Shown here: positions 11,425 through 19,274 of the stretch, in pieces
How positions within the stretch are numbered: the first letter of the stretch is position 1
Layout of the letters: every line of letters begins with the position of its first letter
Source of the DNA: Hyphomonadaceae bacterium
GTDB lineage: Bacteria; Pseudomonadota; Alphaproteobacteria; Caulobacterales; Hyphomonadaceae
Reading direction: 5' to 3'
NCBI GenBank assembly: GCA_044224605.1
Contig: JBGAKC010000026.1
Location: 3,973-67,972, forward strand
Length of the DNA stretch: 64,000 bases
Position numbers and translations under genes: made by a program
The notes under the pieces: generated by a model
The model's database searches: none
Told to the model about the DNA's origin: nothing
What the model saw: the letters and a program-made list of their open reading frames with translations, nothing else

Positions 11425-11625
11425 ATGTTTGCGATCTTCGCCGACGATCCTCTCACGCGCCGGATGGTCCTGCGCGCTGTTCAGAGTTGTCGGGGTCGTC
11501 CCATGCGCACCCTTCGCCGTATCCAGGCCATGTCGCTGCGCACAGCGCCGCAATGGATGCTGTGCGTCTTCTTTGGCGCCTATGTGACCCTTCAGGTCGC
11601 CACCTCGGGCGCCCATCTCGGCTAG
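11425..11625 (+). CDS. Possible small protein (66 aa) with hydrophobic C-terminus
   Basis: This is the free-standing tail of track ORF 10918..11625, lying in the yqaA-tRNA spacer. Third-position GC is moderate and I see no convincing RBS. Confidence 0.2.
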   Translation: MFAIFADDPLTRRMVLRAVQSCRGRPMRTLRRIQAMSLRTAPQWMLCVFFGAYVTLQVATSGAHLG

Positions 11626-11679
11626 CGCCGCGGCCCTTTCGTTCGCCGGATACCTGCGCTAACACCGCCCCTCGTGCTC

Positions 11680-11766
11680 GCGGGAGTGGCGGAATTGGCA
11701 GACGCAGCGGACTCAAAATCCGCCGTCCTTACGGATTTGTGGGTTCGACCCCCACCTCCCGCACCA
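11680..11766 (+). tRNA. tRNA-Leu (anticodon CAA), type II with long variable arm, CCA encoded
   Basis: Acceptor stem GCGGGAG/CTCCCGC. Anticodon stem-loop GCGGA-CTCAAAA-TCCGC. Variable arm CGT-CCTT-ACG. T arm GTGGG-TTCGACC-CCCAC. Discriminator A followed by CCA. Confidence 0.93.
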
Positions 11767-11770
11767 GCGC

Positions 11771-11992
11771 TCAGTCCTTGAAAGATAGCGTCTGCACCGT
11801 CGTGGTCTCGCCCGTCTTGGGGTCGACCAGGGTCACGTTTCCCATAGACCCCTCATCCGACGCCGCCTCCATCAGGCGCACGACTTCTGCGTCGTCTGCG
11901 GCAGCCTTCGCAACGTCGATATTCGCCGGATCGTGGGTGAGGTAGACGATGAGCGCGCCAAGGCTGGCTGCGCCGAAAAGAAGGGCGTTCAT
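11771..11992 (-). CDS. Hypothetical small membrane-anchored protein (73 aa)
   Basis: N-terminal hydrophobic helix MNALLFGAASLGALIVYL with coding-like GC3. It lies downstream of the amine oxidase on the same strand. Confidence 0.5.
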   Translation of the reverse strand: MNALLFGAASLGALIVYLTHDPANIDVAKAAADDAEVVRLMEAASDEGSMGNVTLVDPKTGETTTVQTLSFKD

Positions 11993-12055
11993 GGCGGAGG
12001 TTCCTGCGTGACGGGGACCTAACCCGCCAAACGCCGAACCGTTCCTGCAACCTGC

Positions 12056-13639
12056 TTAACCTGCCGCAAGGATTTCCCTGGCGGCCCGTTCGCCAGCTTC
12101 AACCGCGCCATTCATGAAGCCCATGCTTTTCGAGCTGGTGTGCTCGCCCGCGAAGAACAGTTTGTTGTTGAGCTCCGGCTTCGCCGCGGTCTCGAAATAG
12201 CTGGTATACTGACCCGCCAGCGCGCCGGAATAGCTCGCCTTGGTGTGCGGATGTAGCGGCCAGAAGAAGCTCGCCCGCACCTTCGGCGTCAGCGCTGCTG
12301 CCAGCTCCGGCGCGAACGATTTGAGGCCAGCCTCCAGTGTCGTCAGCACTGACGTCTCGTTCGTCTTCGCCTGCGCGCCGGTGATGAAGTTGGTGATGAC
12401 GCCGCCCGTACCTTCCTGACCGGCGCTGGTGTCCCAGATGATCTGGAAGCCGCGATCGGAATAGACCGTCCCCGTCAGTGGCGAGTTGATGCCCAGCAGT
12501 TGTTGCGTCCATGGCCGCGACGACGTGCCGACCATCAGCTTGGAGTTCACGCCATAACCGAGCTCGTTGATGGTCTTCATCTTCTCGGCCGACAGCCCGA
12601 GCCCGCCAACACCTTTCACCTCACGCAGCCGCGTAAAGGGCAGGGCCAGAACCACGCGCGTGAAGGTGTGCTCGATCGGCGGCTTGTCCTCGTTCTTGAA
12701 ACTGAGTTTGAAGCCGTCGGCTCCATGCGAAATACTGGTCATCTCGTGACGCAGGTTGATCCGCACGCGTTCGGACAGCGGCGCGACCGACAGGCGTTCC
12801 GTCAGCGTTTCCGGCAGCGTGCCCGAGCCGCCCTGGATGCGGTGCGCCTCATCACTGTCGCCGAACATCTGGTAGGTGGATTTTTCGTCCGTCCCGATCA
12901 GGTCGACGAGATTGAGCGAGGATTGCTGTTCGACCGGAATGCCGTACTCGCCATGGTAAGCCAGCTTCAGGAGGTCGATCACCCAGCGGTCGGTCGAGCT
13001 GGCCAGGCTGTCGATGTATTTCGACAGCGGCAGCGCATCGAGTTCGAGCGCGCGAGGCGTCCAGTTGCCGTCGGCATCGAGCAGCGCCGCCTGGTCCGCC
13101 GCAATGCGCGCTGCGACCGGGATGAACGGCCCGGTCGAGCCGGCTGGATCAAGCAGGTCGCCGTCGAGATAAGGCTTGCCGCCGACGTCGTAGATGTCGC
13201 TTGCGCCGCTGTCCGCCGGGCGCAGCCGCTGGATCGGAAGACCGAGTTCGCCGCAGAGCTTGATCAGTTCCTCATGATTGGAATCGACCAGCTCTCCGCC
13301 AAGCTCGCAGAAATGCCCCTCGGGCGTGAAATTTCGCAGCGTGTACATCCGCCCGCCCGTGCGCCCGCTGGATTCGAATATCTCGCAGGCAACCCCCGCA
13401 TTGGCGAGCCGCCAGGCGATGACGAGGCCCGACGTTCCGCCGCCGATAATGGCGACAGCTCCGGGCGTCCCCGGACCACTGGGATTGGCCTTCGGCGTGC
13501 AGGCGCCGGCCGCCGCCATCAGCATCAGGGCGGTGCGGCGCGAGATCGCACGTGGCGCAGGCGCGGGTGCATCCGGAAGCTCCGCACGCGCCTTGGCGAT
13601 TGCGCGCTGGATCCGTCCGAATAGCTGCGTTCGCGCCAT
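12056..13639 (-). CDS. Flavin-containing amine oxidase family protein with Tat-type signal / lipobox
   Basis: Twin-arginine-type signal (SRRTALMLMAAAGAC). FAD dinucleotide fold (VAIIGGGTSGLVIAWRLANAGVACEIFESSGRTGGRM). C-terminal FAGEHTS motif of the amine oxidase family. Confidence 0.85.
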   Translation of the reverse strand: MARTQLFGRIQRAIAKARAELPDAPAPAPRAISRRTALMLMAAAGACTPKANPSGPGTPGAVAIIGGGTSGLVIAWRLANAGVACEIFESSGRTGGRMYTLRNFTPEGHFCELGGELVDSNHEELIKLCGELGLPIQRLRPADSGASDIYDVGGKPYLDGDLLDPAGSTGPFIPVAARIAADQAALLDADGNWTPRALELDALPLSKYIDSLASSTDRWVIDLLKLAYHGEYGIPVEQQSSLNLVDLIGTDEKSTYQMFGDSDEAHRIQGGSGTLPETLTERLSVAPLSERVRINLRHEMTSISHGADGFKLSFKNEDKPPIEHTFTRVVLALPFTRLREVKGVGGLGLSAEKMKTINELGYGVNSKLMVGTSSRPWTQQLLGINSPLTGTVYSDRGFQIIWDTSAGQEGTGGVITNFITGAQAKTNETSVLTTLEAGLKSFAPELAAALTPKVRASFFWPLHPHTKASYSGALAGQYTSYFETAAKPELNNKLFFAGEHTSSKSMGFMNGAVEAGERAAREILAAG

Positions 13640-13682
13640 GGCGTCCCTCCCGGCTGAGGGCGCAATACGTCACAACACAATC

Positions 13683-13734
13683 GCAGAAACAAGAAGGACC
13701 GCGCGGCTTTCGCCGGCGGTCCTTCCCGTCTTTT
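13683..13734 (-). terminator. Strong GC hairpin with GAAA tetraloop and flanking T-tracts (intrinsic terminator or attenuator)
   Basis: Minus strand reads AAGGACCGC-CGGC-GAAA-GCCG-C-GCGGTCCTT followed by CTTGTTTCTG. The plus strand also has CCCGTCTTTT after the stem. It lies ~45-55 nt upstream of the amine oxidase ATG. Confidence 0.7.
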
Positions 13735-13800
13735 GAGCGGGGCAATGCCCCCTGGCTTCAAGAAACCGCGCTGCGCCTCGCGCGGCGGTTCCGAGCTCGA

Positions 13801-13881
13801 TCAGGCGATGCTGCGAACGAAGGCTGCTCCGAACGACAGATCGCTGATCAAGGCAAAGCCCCGGCTCATAGTGACTGACAT
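13801..13881 (-). CDS. 26-codon ORF (MSVTMSRGFALISDLSFGAAFVRSIA) with an exceptionally strong RBS; leader peptide or micro-protein candidate
   Basis: AAGGAGGTGATCC (13 nt, perfect complement of the canonical 16S 3' tail) ends 1 nt before the ATG, and the GGAGG core is 7 nt upstream. Followed by TGA, two GC hairpins and the terminator at 13683-13734. Confidence 0.35.
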   Translation of the reverse strand: MSVTMSRGFALISDLSFGAAFVRSIA

Positions 13882-13972
13882 TGGATCACCTCCTTCCGTA
13901 AAGTTGACGATGGAAATGAGAGTGGGGGCGAAAGCCGCCCCACGCAAGGGCGATGCTGAAATCCGTGCGGCG

Positions 13973-14674
13973 TCAGTGGGTTTCGACGCGCTTCACGGCC
14001 ATCTCGGTTGCACCATCGACCAGCACGGTCATGCCGTCGACGCCGGCATAGTACTGGCCGCGCGGCGGCGCAGGCAGGCCGAGTGCGTCGTAATTGGCGA
14101 TCACTAGCGAGGATGTTGGTGCAATCCGGCGCACGGGAAGGCCGGGACCAGGCATCGGGCGCGGACCAGCAGGAACATCAGCCGTCGGATCGGTCGGCTG
14201 CACCGGCAGAACGCTGACGACGAGTTCGGACGCACGATCGACCAGCACGAAGCGGCCATCGACACGGGCGTAATACTGGTTCGGCGGCGCAGGCGGCAGT
14301 ATGTAGCGCGCCGGATCCGTCACCACGGCGCTGGAATAGGCTGGGACGCGCGTGTTGGGCAGGGCGGCGGCGGCGATGTCCTGCTCGCGCTTTTTCAGGG
14401 CGCGTTCATTCTGCATCTGGAGCAACAGCTGCTGTTTCTGGTTTTCGTATTGCTGGTCGATCAGCGCGCGCTGGGCTGCCGTAACGCCCGAGTTGGGAAG
14501 CGCCGCCCTGCCGAGGTCGCGCTGGCGATCGGCCTCGAGCGTGTCGAGCTGCCGCTGGTCGTTCATCTGCTGTTGCATTTCCAGCGCCTCGAAGCGCGGA
14601 AGCGTATCGCTTGCCTGCGCAAAGGCGGGGGCGGCGAAAAGACAGGCGCAAGCGACGAGAGCTGTGCGGATCAT
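13973..14674 (-). CDS. Secreted protein with two RcnB-like repeats
   Basis: Signal peptide MIRTALVACACLFAAPAFAQ and a Gln-rich coiled segment. Two copies of the PP..QYYA.VDG..VLVD.A.E.. motif resemble the RcnB family. Confidence 0.65.
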   Translation of the reverse strand: MIRTALVACACLFAAPAFAQASDTLPRFEALEMQQQMNDQRQLDTLEADRQRDLGRAALPNSGVTAAQRALIDQQYENQKQQLLLQMQNERALKKREQDIAAAALPNTRVPAYSSAVVTDPARYILPPAPPNQYYARVDGRFVLVDRASELVVSVLPVQPTDPTADVPAGPRPMPGPGLPVRRIAPTSSLVIANYDALGLPAPPRGQYYAGVDGMTVLVDGATEMAVKRVETH

Positions 14675-14708
14675 GCAGACAATATAGGACGGCCGGCCGC
14701 CCGGGTCA

Positions 14709-15353
14709 TCAGCCCCGCTGCCGCTTTACGCTCTTGGCGACCTTGCCGCGTTCGGCGACGCGCAGTTTGAGTCCATCGACAAACGCCTGCAGGCCGAACT
14801 CGAAGCCTTCCTCGCCCGTGCCGACAATGCCGACGGCCGCCGAAGCGCCCTTATTCGACTGCTCCTGCAGGGCGGCCCCGATCGCATAGCGGCGGAGCGT
14901 CTGCATCGCGAGACGCGACTCCATGTCGGCAAGGCCCGACCGCATCAGCGTCTTCACATTGTCCTCGAAGCGCGAGCGGCCGGTTGTCACCCTCGGCCGT
15001 GGCCGCGCCATCACCTGCGCGCCGTCGCGCCGCGACAGGGCGGTACGGCGGATCGCACGCGCGCCTTCGGCAAGCCATTCCCAAGCATCGAAATCCACAC
15101 CGTCGATGTTGGGGGCCGGCAGGCATTCGACGAACATCACGCCCGACATCTCGTTGAGCAGTTCGTCCTTGTCCTTGAAGTGCCAGTAGAGTGATGCGCT
15201 CTTGATGCCGAGTTCAGCGGCGAGCCGTCGCGTCGAAAGACCTTCGACGCCCACCTCGTCGAGCAGGCGCAGCGCCGTCGCCACGATCGTCGCGCGGTCG
15301 AGGCTGCCCTTTTCGCGCATCTCGTCCCCGGCTGATGCGTCCAGACGCTTCAT
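14709..15353 (-). CDS. TetR/AcrR family transcriptional regulator
   Basis: HTH segment IVATALRLLDEVGVEGLSTRRLAAELGIKSASLYWHFKDKDELL. Start set at the Met at 15353 (MKRLDASAG...). Confidence 0.88.
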   Translation of the reverse strand: MKRLDASAGDEMREKGSLDRATIVATALRLLDEVGVEGLSTRRLAAELGIKSASLYWHFKDKDELLNEMSGVMFVECLPAPNIDGVDFDAWEWLAEGARAIRRTALSRRDGAQVMARPRPRVTTGRSRFEDNVKTLMRSGLADMESRLAMQTLRRYAIGAALQEQSNKGASAAVGIVGTGEEGFEFGLQAFVDGLKLRVAERGKVAKSVKRQRG

Positions 15354-15414
15354 GCGCCCGCTCCCTTCTGGATATCGGCTGGCGACTGTACCGCGCAGCG
15401 TGTCTTTTTGAAGG

Positions 15415-15930
15415 TCAGGCGTTACGAATGAACGCAGCGACCTCTCGCCAGGGGGCGATCGACCAGTATGACGTAGCGAGCCCCGACGGAGAGGGAAGCA
15501 CGAAAACCGCCGGCTGGTCCGGAGCGGGATCATCCTGTCGTCCCGGCCTGATCCTCCCTGTCGGCTTGCCGAGCCACAGGCTTGCAGCCGACTTGCTGGT
15601 GAAGGCGAGCGCGTTCGGGCGAAGCCGTTTCACCTTCCGGGTAAAGCCCTCGACATCGAAGTGCGCCCGGTCGATCTGGCTATCGACGCCCCAGCTGGTC
15701 TTGCAGAAATCGGTGAGGCCAATGTCGAGATCGAGCATCAGCGGATACTCCTCCGGCGCGAAGAGGCGTGGGGTGATCTGCACTTCGTGCAGTGCGCGCC
15801 AGAACCGGTTGCCGGGATGGGCATAATAGGCGCCGACCGCAGCCGAGCGCGGACCTGCAGCCGTGCCGACGAACCATGTCCTGAGACCAGGTGCGAGGCG
15901 ATCGGGCAGGATATGCGCCTTGCGCGCCAT
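15415..15930 (-). CDS. Mug/TDG-like (UDG family 2-like) DNA glycosylase with variant motif 1
   Basis: HPGNRFW and VLPSPSG match E. coli Mug (HPANRFW, LPNPSG). Motif 1 is FVGTAAGP instead of GINPG. The start ATG overlaps the upstream stop as TGATG. Confidence 0.8.
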   Translation of the reverse strand: MARKAHILPDRLAPGLRTWFVGTAAGPRSAAVGAYYAHPGNRFWRALHEVQITPRLFAPEEYPLMLDLDIGLTDFCKTSWGVDSQIDRAHFDVEGFTRKVKRLRPNALAFTSKSAASLWLGKPTGRIRPGRQDDPAPDQPAVFVLPSPSGLATSYWSIAPWREVAAFIRNA

Positions 15931-16748
15931 CAGTTGGTTTCGCCCATGCTGCCGCCGTTGCGCACGATCTCCGGCAGCGTCGCAGCCTGCTCGGGCGTCA
16001 GGCGATCCAGTGGCACGAGCCAGGTGTGGATCGAGAATACGATCGCGCGCGTGTCGCCGAGGCGGCGCAGCGTCTGTCGTTCAACACGCACCCAGGTCGG
16101 CTTCGACCGGTCGAAGGGCCGGCGCTCGTGCTCGGGCCTTGGCTGGAAGAGGTTGGGGTCGTTGTAGCAAAGCAGGTTGGCGCGCCACACGGCCTGATCT
16201 GGTTGAAGCATGGCGAACACGCGATCGACACGCTTGCCGATGTTTGCGTCATAGCGATCAACCGGCTGGTGGATTCCCGTCAGGCCGCGCCGGTGTTTCT
16301 GCGACAGCGTCCAGCTGGCCGGGAAGCACAGCACGCCCGATGTCAGGGCGTATTCGCCATCGACCGGCTGCATCAGCAGGAAATCCTCCTGGACCAGCCG
16401 CGCGGCGGTCACGAGCGGCCGGTCAGAGGTCAGCGAAATGGAGACGCCATCCGGTCGGATGACGACATCATCCATGCGGAAATAACCAGGATCATGCGCG
16501 ATTTCGGCCAGCACGGCCGCCAGCAGGTCATGCTCTGCCTGATCCGGTTCCGGTTGTATGGCGAGCACCTCAGCCTGTTTTTCCTTCAGCAGGCGATCGC
16601 GATAGGCCATCTGCCCGTCGAAAGCGTCGTCACGCTGCAGCCATTCGCCAGGCGCAACGGGCTGCAAGCCCGGCAGGCGCGCGGCGAGCGGGTCCATCCA
16701 CGGCGCGAGGCCAAGATGCGACTGGCAGATTTCCGGTGTGTCGGTCAC
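15930..16748 (-). CDS. DUF3445 (heme-dependent oxidative N-demethylase alpha-subunit family) protein
   Basis: Family-typical segment LCFPASWTLSQKHRRGLTGIHQPVDRYDANIGKRVDRVFAML...VWRANL. Confidence 0.82.
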   Translation of the reverse strand: MTDTPEICQSHLGLAPWMDPLAARLPGLQPVAPGEWLQRDDAFDGQMAYRDRLLKEKQAEVLAIQPEPDQAEHDLLAAVLAEIAHDPGYFRMDDVVIRPDGVSISLTSDRPLVTAARLVQEDFLLMQPVDGEYALTSGVLCFPASWTLSQKHRRGLTGIHQPVDRYDANIGKRVDRVFAMLQPDQAVWRANLLCYNDPNLFQPRPEHERRPFDRSKPTWVRVERQTLRRLGDTRAIVFSIHTWLVPLDRLTPEQAATLPEIVRNGGSMGETN

Positions 16749-16802
16749 CTAGTTTCACTCCCGCCGCGGGCGGGTCAAGTCAACTCTGCAAGTAAGTCAA
16801 CG

Positions 16803-17267
16803 CTAGAAGCGCTTGAAGGGCTTGGGCGCCTGGGTTGCGCTGGCCTTTGCAACGAGTTCGCCGGCGGGGTTGAACAGGTCCGCCTCGATGAAGCAGGTCG
16901 ACTTGCCCCATTTGAGCACGCGCGCCTCCGCAATCGCTTTACCGATGAACAAGGGACGCAGGAAGGACACCTTCATCTCCAGCGTCGGTGCATTCATCGT
17001 GACGTTGGAGACGATGATGGCGGTGGCGCTCATGGCCTCGTCCAGCATGGCGCAAACGAAACCACCCTGGATCGCGCCGGTGGGATTGGCGAATTCCGGC
17101 TTGCCTTCGAACTCGTAGCGCGCCGTCATCTTCGCCTGGTCGACATGCGTCAGCTTCATGCCGACAGTGTCGGAGCAGGGCGGCCGTTTCTTCGAATTGT
17201 TGAACCGCGCCAGCATTTCCTCGTCGGAAAGGCGCGGCGGTTCGGCTGGCGTGTCGCCGGAACTCAC
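16803..17267 (-). CDS. PaaI-family hotdog-fold thioesterase
   Basis: Motif NPTGAIQGGFVCAMLDEAMSA, ~150 aa. GTG start overlaps the sspB stop (GTGA). Confidence 0.84.
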   Translation of the reverse strand: MSSGDTPAEPPRLSDEEMLARFNNSKKRPPCSDTVGMKLTHVDQAKMTARYEFEGKPEFANPTGAIQGGFVCAMLDEAMSATAIIVSNVTMNAPTLEMKVSFLRPLFIGKAIAEARVLKWGKSTCFIEADLFNPAGELVAKASATQAPKPFKRF

Positions 17268-17785
17268 TTGCGTCGGAACGCGTCGAGCTGGACGACCGTG
17301 CCCTGCGCCGCATCACCTTCCTGCGGCTGTGCTTGCGCGGCCGGCACGGCGCTGGCTGCGGTTTCGGGCAGGGAGCTCATCTCGGCGAATTCCCGGGCGG
17401 CGGCTTCGTTCGCCTCGAACTGGATGCCGAAGTTTACCGAAGGATCGAAGAAGCGGCTCACGGCGATGAACGGCACGCGGATATGCTGGGGTACGCCAGC
17501 GAATTTGAGGATGATCTCGAAGCGATCCTCGTGCACCTCGAATTCCCAGTACTGGTGCTGGACGACGATCGTCATTTCTTCCGGGAAACGGTCCTTGAGA
17601 TAGTCCGCCATCTGCACGCCCTGGGTGCGCGTGCGGAACGTAATGTAAAAGTGATGATCGGCTGGAAGATGTCCGAGCTTGGCGACCTTCTGCAGCGCCG
17701 CGCGCACGACCGCGAGTCCCGCAGCCTGCGTGAGGGTGTGATAGCCGATATGGTCCTTCGCGGATCCCGGTGACCGGTCCAACAT
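17264..17785 (-). CDS. sspB: ClpXP specificity-enhancing factor SspB (alphaproteobacterial type)
   Basis: HHFYITFRTRT...FPEEMTIVVQHQYWEFEV...ILKFAGVPQHIRVPFIAVSRFFDPSVNFGIQFE closely resembles Caulobacter SspB-alpha as I recall it. Confidence 0.85.
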   Translation of the reverse strand: MLDRSPGSAKDHIGYHTLTQAAGLAVVRAALQKVAKLGHLPADHHFYITFRTRTQGVQMADYLKDRFPEEMTIVVQHQYWEFEVHEDRFEIILKFAGVPQHIRVPFIAVSRFFDPSVNFGIQFEANEAAAREFAEMSSLPETAASAVPAAQAQPQEGDAAQGTVVQLDAFRRK

Positions 17786-17972
17786 GCCCTCCCTCGCCTC
17801 GGCATGAGAGCTAAGGCCTCATCCGTGCTCGGTAAATTGGGTTCAAGCCCGAGGCGAACGATTTTTTGCGCCTCGTTTCGGTGGGACGATAACGCGTAGA
17901 CTGGCCGTAAGGGCAAGCCTTCAGCAGAACATTTGATTTATTGCGGGCGGAAAGCAGCCTATCTCTAGCAAC

Positions 17973-19271
17973 ATGACGCGTGCTCCGAAGTCCTACCGGT
18001 CGCGTAAGCTTGGCGACCGCAGCCTGTCTCCTGAAACACTGATGATGGGGTACGGCTATTCGCCGGGCCTTTCAGAAGGCGCGCTGAAACCGCCCCTGTT
18101 CCAGACATCGACCTTTGTTTTTCGCAATGCGGAAGAGGGAAAGGCCTCTTTCGAACTCGCCTACGGCCTGCGCGAGAAGGCGCGCGATGAGGAGATGCAC
18201 CTCATCTATTCGCGCATCAACAATCCGAACCTCGAAGTGCTGGAAGACAGGCTCGCCGTGTGGGACGGCGCGGAGAAGGCGCTGGCCTTCGCCTCGGGCA
18301 TGGCTGCGATATCCACAGCATTGATGACGTTTCTGCGCCCAGGCGACAGCTTCGTGTTCTCCGAGCCTGTCTATGGCGGCACGGAATTCCTCGTTCACAA
18401 TATTCTCCCCCAGTTCGGGGTAAAGGGCGTCGGCTTCATGGCCGAGGCCGGGGAAACTGGCCTGCGGGAAGCCGCCATGGCTGCAGCGGCGAAGGCGACG
18501 CGCTCCGGCGGCCGGGTGGGGGCGGTCTATGTCGAAACGCCAGCCAACCCGACCAATGGCCTGGTTGATATCGGCCTCGCCCGGTCGATCTCCGAGGACA
18601 TGAAGACGGACAAGGGCCGGCCGCCTGTCATCGTGGACAACACCTTCCTCGGCCCGATCTGGCAGAAACCGCTGCAGCTGGGCGCAGACCTCTGCGTTAC
18701 CTCGCTCACCAAATATGTTGGTGGTCATTCAGACTTGATCGCAGGCGCAGTCGCGGGGGACGCGAGCTGGGTCAGCCAGGTGGCCGTGTTCCGCACCATC
18801 TTGGGCACGATGACCGACCCGCACACGGCCTGGCTGCTGTTGCGCTCGCTGGAAACCCTGAAAGTGCGGATGGACGCCGCCGAACTCGGCGCACGGAAGG
18901 TCGCCGCCTATCTCCACAAGCATCCGCGCGTGAAATCGGTCTGGTATCTCGACTTCCTGCCGAAGGATCATCCCGATCGCGCGCTTTATGAAAAACAGTG
19001 CGTCACTGCGGGCTCGACCTTCTCCTTCGAGATCGATGGCGGCGAGAAGGAAGCTTTCGGCTTTCTCAACAAGCTGCAGGTCATCAAGCTGGCCGTTAGC
19101 CTCGGCGGCACGGAAACGCTCGCTTCGCACCCCGCGGCCATGACGCATTCCGATGTGCCGCCGGCCCAACGCCAGCGTCTTGGCATCACGGAGAGCCTGA
19201 TCCGGCTGTCGATCGGCATCGAGAACCCGGATGATCTGATCGCCGACATTGAACAGGCGCTGCAGGCATAG
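17973..19271 (+). CDS. Cys/Met-metabolism PLP-dependent enzyme (cystathionine gamma-synthase / methionine gamma-lyase family)
   Basis: YSRINNPNLEVLEDRLA, PLP-lysine region SLTKYVGGHSDLIAG, and C-terminal LIRLSIGIENPDDLIADI. Confidence 0.9.
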   Translation: MTRAPKSYRSRKLGDRSLSPETLMMGYGYSPGLSEGALKPPLFQTSTFVFRNAEEGKASFELAYGLREKARDEEMHLIYSRINNPNLEVLEDRLAVWDGAEKALAFASGMAAISTALMTFLRPGDSFVFSEPVYGGTEFLVHNILPQFGVKGVGFMAEAGETGLREAAMAAAAKATRSGGRVGAVYVETPANPTNGLVDIGLARSISEDMKTDKGRPPVIVDNTFLGPIWQKPLQLGADLCVTSLTKYVGGHSDLIAGAVAGDASWVSQVAVFRTILGTMTDPHTAWLLLRSLETLKVRMDAAELGARKVAAYLHKHPRVKSVWYLDFLPKDHPDRALYEKQCVTAGSTFSFEIDGGEKEAFGFLNKLQVIKLAVSLGGTETLASHPAAMTHSDVPPAQRQRLGITESLIRLSIGIENPDDLIADIEQALQA

Positions 19272-19274
19272 GCC

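Noticed and set aside
13883-13895. Plus-strand GGATCACCTCCTT, identical to the 3' end of 16S rRNA
   Set aside because: It is only 13 nt with no flanking rRNA sequence. It is the complement of the Shine-Dalgarno sequence of the minus-strand mini-ORF, not an rRNA fragment.
15891-17603. 570-aa ORF on the plus strand
   Set aside because: It runs antisense across three well-supported minus-strand genes (DUF3445, PaaI thioesterase, sspB). The composition is Arg/Gly/Ala-rich and it has no recognisable family.
17900-17972. Possible SAM-II riboswitch upstream of the Cys/Met PLP enzyme (GATTTATTGCGGGCGGAAAGCAGCC recalls the GAUUU...AAAGCU signature)
   Set aside because: I could not find the complementary strand needed for the pseudoknot. 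The reverse complement of GAAAGCAGCC is absent upstream, and the AAAGCU box is imperfect. cmsearch with RF00521 would settle it.
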